From NCBI RefSeq assembly GCF_005696695.1, contig NZ_CP040006.1, positions 1 through 32,000 on the forward strand: a stretch of DNA of 32,000 bases, in the 5' to 3' direction. Below the pieces are notes generated by a model, which was not told where the DNA came from, ran no database searches, and saw only the letters and a list, made by a program, of their open reading frames with translations. Origin of the DNA: Schaalia odontolytica (GTDB taxonomy: Bacteria; Actinomycetota; Actinomycetes; Actinomycetales; Actinomycetaceae). This document shows positions 26,846-32,000 of this stretch, one piece after another. A program made the translations under genes and the position numbers. The stretch's first letter is position 1, and each line of letters opens with the position of its first letter.

Positions 26846-29800
26846 TTACTGAACTGTAAGTTCGGAGATCCACGCCCAGTTGCGTCCGTCCTGGCCCTTG
26901 GGCATGGAGCGGAACTGCAGCGCGATCGAGTCGGTTTCGACGGCCGCGGGCAGCTGAATCGTCGTCGTCGGAGACAACGCTGACATGGCCAGCTCTGTTC
27001 CGCCGCGCGGGTTCGCCGGGTCCGTGACGTTACGCACGACGACCTCGCCGCCGGTCGTCGCCGGATCCATGTTGAGCGTCACCGAGGACACGGTGGCCTT
27101 CTGCTGGAGCTTCACGACGATCGTCACGGAGGTCTCGTCGCGGAACTGGTTGTTATCGAACCAGCGCGAGGACCAGGACGTCGACGGGTTTGAGTCGATC
27201 ATGTTGATCGCGCGGTCCGGGTGGTCGCCGTCGTCGTTGTTCCACGACAGGACCTGCACGGAAGAAATCACGGGGGTCGTGGTCGGGGCCGGCGGGGGCG
27301 TCGTCGTGAGCGCGGGGCTGGGCTCCTCGTCAGACTGCTGCTGTGCGACGCCGGCGCGCAGGGACTGGGTGAGATCCAGATCGGTGACCGGTCGGGTGGC
27401 CATCCACGGACCCCAGATCGCGCCAAAGAGCACCAGGACGACGCCGAAGATCAGCGCGGGCTTCGTCGGGTCGATGAGCGTGCCGGAGCGCTTGGAGGAG
27501 CCCTCCTCGTTTGACGAGGCCGGGGCTGCCTGCGCGGGAGCGGCAGGCATCGGGGGGACGGGGTCCATGACCTCGGTGGCATCCTCGACCGGGGGAGCGG
27601 GCACCGCCTCGGGTGCCTGCACGCGCGGGATCTGATGCGTCGAGGGGCCGTCCGTCAGGGGAGCGGGATGGGGGTAGTCCTCGGGGTTGACCTCAGCGCC
27701 GCGCTCGTATCCGCTGGCGGCGGGGGCCGGCGGCGGGGGAGCGAGGGGGAACGCGGGGGCCTCAACCTGCGCGGCGTCCGTCTCGTCCGTCACGGGCTCG
27801 ATGCCGTACTCCGCGAGGGACTCGGGGATCGCCTGTGCCTGCGCGGCCTCCGTGGCCTCGGCAATGTCGTCGACGATGGGCGCGGCCACGGCCTCGGCAA
27901 CCAGCGGGTTTTCGACGGGTGCCTGCGTCGCGGGGCCGAGGGTCGGGACCTCGGCGGGCGCGGGGGCCGGCGGCATGTCGGCAAGTTCCGCGCCCTCAGC
28001 AGCGGCCAGTTCCTCAGCCTCATCGGCTGCGGGGGCCGCGGGAGGCGCGGGGGGCGCGGGGATCGGCGAGGCGGAGAGCACCTCATCAAACGACGGCAGC
28101 TTCTCGTCGTCGCCGGTGCGTTCGGGCGTGGGAGCCATCGGTTCCTCCGTCTCGTCGGGTGTGTGTCCCGTCATTATCTCAGCTGGTGCGGGGGTGGGCG
28201 TGGAGGACGCTGCCAGGATGTTCACCACAGCGCCGGGCACGCGCAGGCGGGTGAGCAGCGGGCGCATCATGACGGCGGATTCGCCGGGCGCTGCGAAGCG
28301 CAGGACCAGGAGGTACACGAGGCCGGTCAGCGCGGACACGAGCGAGAGCTTCACGCCGGCCAGTGCCATGCGGCCCAGCGTCGACGAAATCTCGGTGTGG
28401 ATGCCCATGAGCCACAGGAGGCCGAAGCCCACGAGGCCAGCGACGATCGCCGCGCCGAGGTAGGACACGTAGGAGCGCAGCAGGCCCGCGCGGTCGACGT
28501 AGCGGTTCTCGCGCGACACCCACACGACCGCGATAATGCCCTGGGTCAGGCGGCACACGGTCTCGCCGAGCGCGGCCGCGACGACCCACCAGCGGGCGCC
28601 GGTCAGGGCGTACATCGACCAGCCCACGATCACCTGGAGGATCGTGGGACCAATGCCCATGAGGAACACGGGCTTGACGTCCTCGTAGGCGAAGAAGACG
28701 CGCTGGCTCATGAGGACCATGCCGGTCGAGGCGACACCGGGCATGAGCGAAGCGAGAACGAGGGCGTAGCCGGTCACGGCCTCGGGATCCCCGCCCTTGG
28801 CCGCCATCGCGATCTCCATCATGGGGATGGAACCGGCCATCAGCATGGCTGCGGCGACGAGGGTCAGCGATGTAATAGTGCGCACGCCCAGGTGGTAGTT
28901 GTCGGCCACCGCGCGGTCGTCGCCGTCGGCGACGGCGCCCGCCATGCGGGTGAAGATCGCGGTCGTCAGCGACACCGTGATGAGTGACTGGGGCACCATG
29001 AAGATCATGAACGCCGTCGAGTAGGCGAGGATGCCGACGACGCCGCCCTGAGCGCCGTTGCGGCCGATGAAACCGTCGGCCATGGCAGCGAGGTTGTTCG
29101 TGGACAGGACGCCGACCTGGGACACGCCCAGGGTCGCGAACGTCCATCCGGCCACGCGCGGCATCGACCCGAAAGAGGTTCCGCGGAAGTGGAAGTCCGG
29201 CTTGAAGGAGACTCCCGCCCGACGCATCGGCCACAGCAGGCACAGGGCCTGGCAGATGACGCCGAGGGTCGCGGATCCGGCGAGGACCCAGAACTGCGCG
29301 CCCGTCAGGTCGCCCGCGGGAATGCCGCCGTCCGGTGCGCCGCCCCAGATGGCGAGGAAAGCGCCGAGGCCCGCGATGCCCACGACGTTGTTGACGACGG
29401 GCGCCCACATGTAGGGCCCGAAGATCTCGCGCGCGTTGAGGAGCTCGCCGAGCAGGTTATACAGGCCGTAGAAGAACAGCTGCGGCAGGCACAGGAGGGC
29501 AAAGAGAATCGCGAGGTTGCGAATGTCCTCGGTGTAGCCCGCAGCCGTGATCATCACCAGGACGGGGGCGAGCACCATCGTCGCGAACGTGACGAGGAAG
29601 AGCAGGGTTCCCGCGAGGGTCAGCAGGCGGTTGACGTAGGTGTCACCGTCGTGGCGGCGCTTGATGGCGCCGACGATCTGCGGGACCAGGACGGCGTCGA
29701 AGATGCCGGAGGCCAGCAGGTTGAAGACCGTGTTGGGCAGCGTGTTCGCGGTCTGGAACGCGGCACCGACACCGCCGGCGGTCGCGCCGACCGCGGCGAT

Positions 29801-29905
29801 GAGCATCGCGTTGCGCACGAAGCCGAGGATGCGCGACACCATGGTGCCCGACGCCATGAGCGCCGATGCCCTCAGGATCGATCGGCGAGGCGTGTTCGAG
29901 CTCAT
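26846..29905 (-). CDS. murJ: lipid II flippase MurJ (MviN) with Pro/Ala-rich linker, extra TM helix and C-terminal extracellular discoidin-like domain
   Basis: 1019 aa. N-terminal roughly 550 aa is a MurJ/MOP core (ASGTMVSRILGFVRNAMLIAAVG, FQTANTLPNTVFNLL). Next is a roughly 250-aa P/A/E-rich low-complexity segment, then TM helix ALIFGVVLVLFGAIWGPWMA. The final roughly 150 aa (..NPSTSWSSRWFDNNQF..WAWISELTVQ) resembles an F5/8 type C sugar-binding fold. The ATG overlaps the upstream stop (ATGA). Confidence 0.9.
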   Translation of the reverse strand: MSSNTPRRSILRASALMASGTMVSRILGFVRNAMLIAAVGATAGGVGAAFQTANTLPNTVFNLLASGIFDAVLVPQIVGAIKRRHDGDTYVNRLLTLAGTLLFLVTFATMVLAPVLVMITAAGYTEDIRNLAILFALLCLPQLFFYGLYNLLGELLNAREIFGPYMWAPVVNNVVGIAGLGAFLAIWGGAPDGGIPAGDLTGAQFWVLAGSATLGVICQALCLLWPMRRAGVSFKPDFHFRGTSFGSMPRVAGWTFATLGVSQVGVLSTNNLAAMADGFIGRNGAQGGVVGILAYSTAFMIFMVPQSLITVSLTTAIFTRMAGAVADGDDRAVADNYHLGVRTITSLTLVAAAMLMAGSIPMMEIAMAAKGGDPEAVTGYALVLASLMPGVASTGMVLMSQRVFFAYEDVKPVFLMGIGPTILQVIVGWSMYALTGARWWVVAAALGETVCRLTQGIIAVVWVSRENRYVDRAGLLRSYVSYLGAAIVAGLVGFGLLWLMGIHTEISSTLGRMALAGVKLSLVSALTGLVYLLVLRFAAPGESAVMMRPLLTRLRVPGAVVNILAASSTPTPAPAEIMTGHTPDETEEPMAPTPERTGDDEKLPSFDEVLSASPIPAPPAPPAAPAADEAEELAAAEGAELADMPPAPAPAEVPTLGPATQAPVENPLVAEAVAAPIVDDIAEATEAAQAQAIPESLAEYGIEPVTDETDAAQVEAPAFPLAPPPPAPAASGYERGAEVNPEDYPHPAPLTDGPSTHQIPRVQAPEAVPAPPVEDATEVMDPVPPMPAAPAQAAPASSNEEGSSKRSGTLIDPTKPALIFGVVLVLFGAIWGPWMATRPVTDLDLTQSLRAGVAQQQSDEEPSPALTTTPPPAPTTTPVISSVQVLSWNNDDGDHPDRAINMIDSNPSTSWSSRWFDNNQFRDETSVTIVVKLQQKATVSSVTLNMDPATTGGEVVVRNVTDPANPRGGTELAMSALSPTTTIQLPAAVETDSIALQFRSMPKGQDGRNWAWISELTVQ

Positions 29906-32000
29906 GGGGTCTCCTTCGTCGTTGCTGTCTCGGATTCAGTGGTGATGTCTGTCGTGTCGGTGTCGCCGGATGCGGCCCGCGCCTTGCGTGCGGCCCTCTT
30001 GCGCAGTGAACGCGTGATGCCGACCAGGAAGAGCAGGCCGAAGAGCGAGGCGATGACGGCCGTGATCGCATCCTCCCACCCGGCGCGCATGCGCACGGTC
30101 ACGGTCTGGGAGTCGTCGAGGACGAGGCCGTCGGGTGTGGTGACCTTGTACGTGACCTCGATGTCGCCACTGCCGATCGCGCCCACGGGCACCTCAACCG
30201 TCGTCGCGCCCTGCGCGGCGAGCGTCTGGGATTGGGCGGGGGTGGCGCGCAGACGCGGGTCGTCGGGCACGAGGGTCACGTCGACGCGCACCGGCCAGGG
30301 CAGGTTATTGCGCACGAGGACAGGGAAGTTCGCTGATTTGTTAATGAGGTTGACGGCCGAGGAGGGCTCGACGGTCACGGCGGAGAGCATGGTCGTGACC
30401 TGCGAGGTGACGGCAGTCGCCGCGTCGAGCTGCTCGGAGGGGGTGAGCTGCGCGGACAGAGCCGGGAGAATCTGGGGGGTGACCGAGGCGTACACCGCGT
30501 CGGCGTCGTCCGTCGCCTTCGCCAGCGGTGTGAGCATGGTCAGGGACGAGGCCATGGCCGAGATCGCGGTCTCCGTGTCGGCCTCGAGGACGCCGGCCCC
30601 GACGGTCTGGCGGTCGATGTCGGTGGGTTCACTGGCGGCCATCTCGCTGAAGGACATGGCGCTCACCCAGCGTGGCGAGAACAGGGCTTTTGTGCGGCCG
30701 GTGAGCCGCTCGTTGATGACGGTTCCGCGCTGGGCCGCAGCGAAAATGGTGCGCGAGGAGGCTGGGCGCTCGCGGGTGATGATCGCGGTGATTGCGGTGA
30801 GGGCCTGTTCGGCGTCGAGCTCGTCGCCGCCGGATGCGTTCCACGACAGGAGCGCCGCGATGTCGCTCTGCTGGGCGAGGGTGCGTGCGCCCGTCCCGTC
30901 CGTCGAGGTCTCGCCGGTGGCGGGGTCGACGTTGACGCGCGCGTAGGAGGTGAAGGGAACGTCTTCGGAGGGGGTCAGGGTGCCGACCGGAGCGATCGTG
31001 ATCTGCTGCGAGGAGGCGAAACCCGACAGGAATGACGTGCCGAAGGTCGTGTCCGCAGGCCAGGCGACGTTACGCAGGATCGAGGGCCCGGAGTCGGGCG
31101 CGGAGGTCGTCGTGGTGGACTGGCCGGCGGTGTTCGTGGATGCGCTCGGCGTGGGCGTGGCCTCGGGTGTCCCGGAGGGGGAGGGCGTGGCCGAGGCCGA
31201 CGGGCTCGGGCTGGCCGGAGAGTTGGCGGGTGCGACCCACCCGGCCTTGCGCAGCGTGTCGGGGAAGTCGGCCATCGAGCGCGAGGCGCGGTCCCAGAAG
31301 CCGGTGTTGCCCGATAGCGACAGGGCACCGAGGTCGGCATCTCCCTCGGGCAGGGCGATGATCTCGGTCGCGTTCGACAGGAGCGCCGCGACGAAGGCCT
31401 CGGACTGGAGGTCACGCGCGCGCTGCGCTGGGTCCGTGGCCGTGGGGGCGGGCGTCGGGGTGGGGGACGCGCTCGGCGAGGCCGAGGGGGCACCGGACTG
31501 ACCCGATTCCGCGTCGGACTGGCCGGACTGGGCGGGGTCAGATCCGGATTGGCCCGCGTCGGCCGAAGGGGAAGCCGAAGGGGAAGCCGAAGGAGAAGCC
31601 GAAGGAGAAGCCGAAGGGGTCGGCGTGGCCGTGGGCTGCGGGCCGCGAGGGATCAGCAGCGGGTCGACGGCCAGGGTGACGCCGCTGGCGGAGGCGAGGC
31701 TGAGGACCGCCGAGCGTTCGCCCTGGTCCTGGGTGGCGCTCGTTGATGTCCAGGGGATCACGGTGCTCACGCGCGAGGCGGAGACCTGCGCGCCCGAGTC
31801 CCACACGATGATCGATCGGTCCTTGCCCGAGTATTCGCCGGAGGTCGCAGTCACGGTTGTGACGCGCGGGCCCCACTCATCGGCGTCCGTGAGAGGCAGC
31901 GAGGACGTGGGAATGTGGATCTCGAAGGAAGTCGTGGCTCCTCGGGCGACGTCCGTGAGCGAGGAGGAGGCCGCGTGGGTGGCGTCCGGCTCGTCATCGG
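29902..32000 (-). CDS. large secreted/membrane-anchored protein, DUF6049-like (Rv3909 position), 5' end outside the window
   Basis: The frame is open from 32000 down to the stop at 29902, with no stop upstream of the track Met at 31854. C-terminal TM helix AVIASLFGLLFLVGI and basic/acidic tail. Ser/Pro/Ala low-complexity inserts. Lies immediately upstream of, and overlapping, murJ as in other Actinobacteria. Family assignment is by position and memory only. Confidence 0.7.
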   Translation of the reverse strand, partial: DDEPDATHAASSSLTDVARGATTSFEIHIPTSSLPLTDADEWGPRVTTVTATSGEYSGKDRSIIVWDSGAQVSASRVSTVIPWTSTSATQDQGERSAVLSLASASGVTLAVDPLLIPRGPQPTATPTPSASPSASPSASPSASPSADAGQSGSDPAQSGQSDAESGQSGAPSASPSASPTPTPAPTATDPAQRARDLQSEAFVAALLSNATEIIALPEGDADLGALSLSGNTGFWDRASRSMADFPDTLRKAGWVAPANSPASPSPSASATPSPSGTPEATPTPSASTNTAGQSTTTTSAPDSGPSILRNVAWPADTTFGTSFLSGFASSQQITIAPVGTLTPSEDVPFTSYARVNVDPATGETSTDGTGARTLAQQSDIAALLSWNASGGDELDAEQALTAITAIITRERPASSRTIFAAAQRGTVINERLTGRTKALFSPRWVSAMSFSEMAASEPTDIDRQTVGAGVLEADTETAISAMASSLTMLTPLAKATDDADAVYASVTPQILPALSAQLTPSEQLDAATAVTSQVTTMLSAVTVEPSSAVNLINKSANFPVLVRNNLPWPVRVDVTLVPDDPRLRATPAQSQTLAAQGATTVEVPVGAIGSGDIEVTYKVTTPDGLVLDDSQTVTVRMRAGWEDAITAVIASLFGLLFLVGITRSLRKRAARKARAASGDTDTTDITTESETATTKETP
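31562..31619. repeat. 12-bp in-frame tandem repeat (4.8 copies)
   Basis: GCCGAAGG(G/A)GAA repeated. On the minus strand it encodes (SPSA)n inside the DUF6049-like protein. Confidence 0.9.

Noticed and set aside
25883-30946. Plus-strand ORFs 25883-26983, 27635-28987 and 29189-30946 (366-585 aa)
   Set aside because: They are antisense to trxB, murJ and the DUF6049-like gene. The composition is Arg/Gly/Asp/His-rich with no motifs. These are high-GC artefacts.

Overview
This window is the chromosomal origin region of a high-GC actinobacterium and starts exactly at dnaA. An Actinomycetaceae-like host is my guess only.

Plus strand, in order:
- dnaA, oriC (DnaA-box cluster plus an AT-rich tract), dnaN, recF, and a DUF721/DciA-like gene.
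- A Gln/Gly/Tyr-rich membrane protein, then gyrB, gyrA and a DUF3566 membrane protein.
- About 1.75 kb with no credible ORF, built entirely from ordered tandem and inverted repeats.
- A frameshifted DUF2974 alpha/beta-hydrolase pseudogene on the minus strand.
- tRNA-Ile(GAT), a 44-codon DLW-motif micro-ORF, and tRNA-Ala(UGC).
- A class I photolyase on the minus strand.
- A 2285-aa cell-wall-anchored surface protein (LARTG sorting signal) carrying 11 tandem SdrD/Cna-B-type domains.

Directly after this adhesin lies a second, shorter, collinear copy (about 0.85 kb) of the same non-coding repeat element.

The window ends with a tightly packed minus-strand operon. It runs DUF6049-like gene (5' end outside the window), murJ (with a roughly 470-aa C-terminal extension), trxB, ychJ, then a PAP2 phosphatase.

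The most unusual signal is the two-copy modular non-coding element. It contains a GC-rich tandem module and two different motif arrays. Each array is phased at 41-42 bp and switches orientation around a T/A-tract core. Both copies sit between convergent genes, about 12 and 24 kb from oriC.

I saw no transposase, integrase, CRISPR array or recognisable defence genes. The long antisense ORFs in the track are high-GC artefacts.
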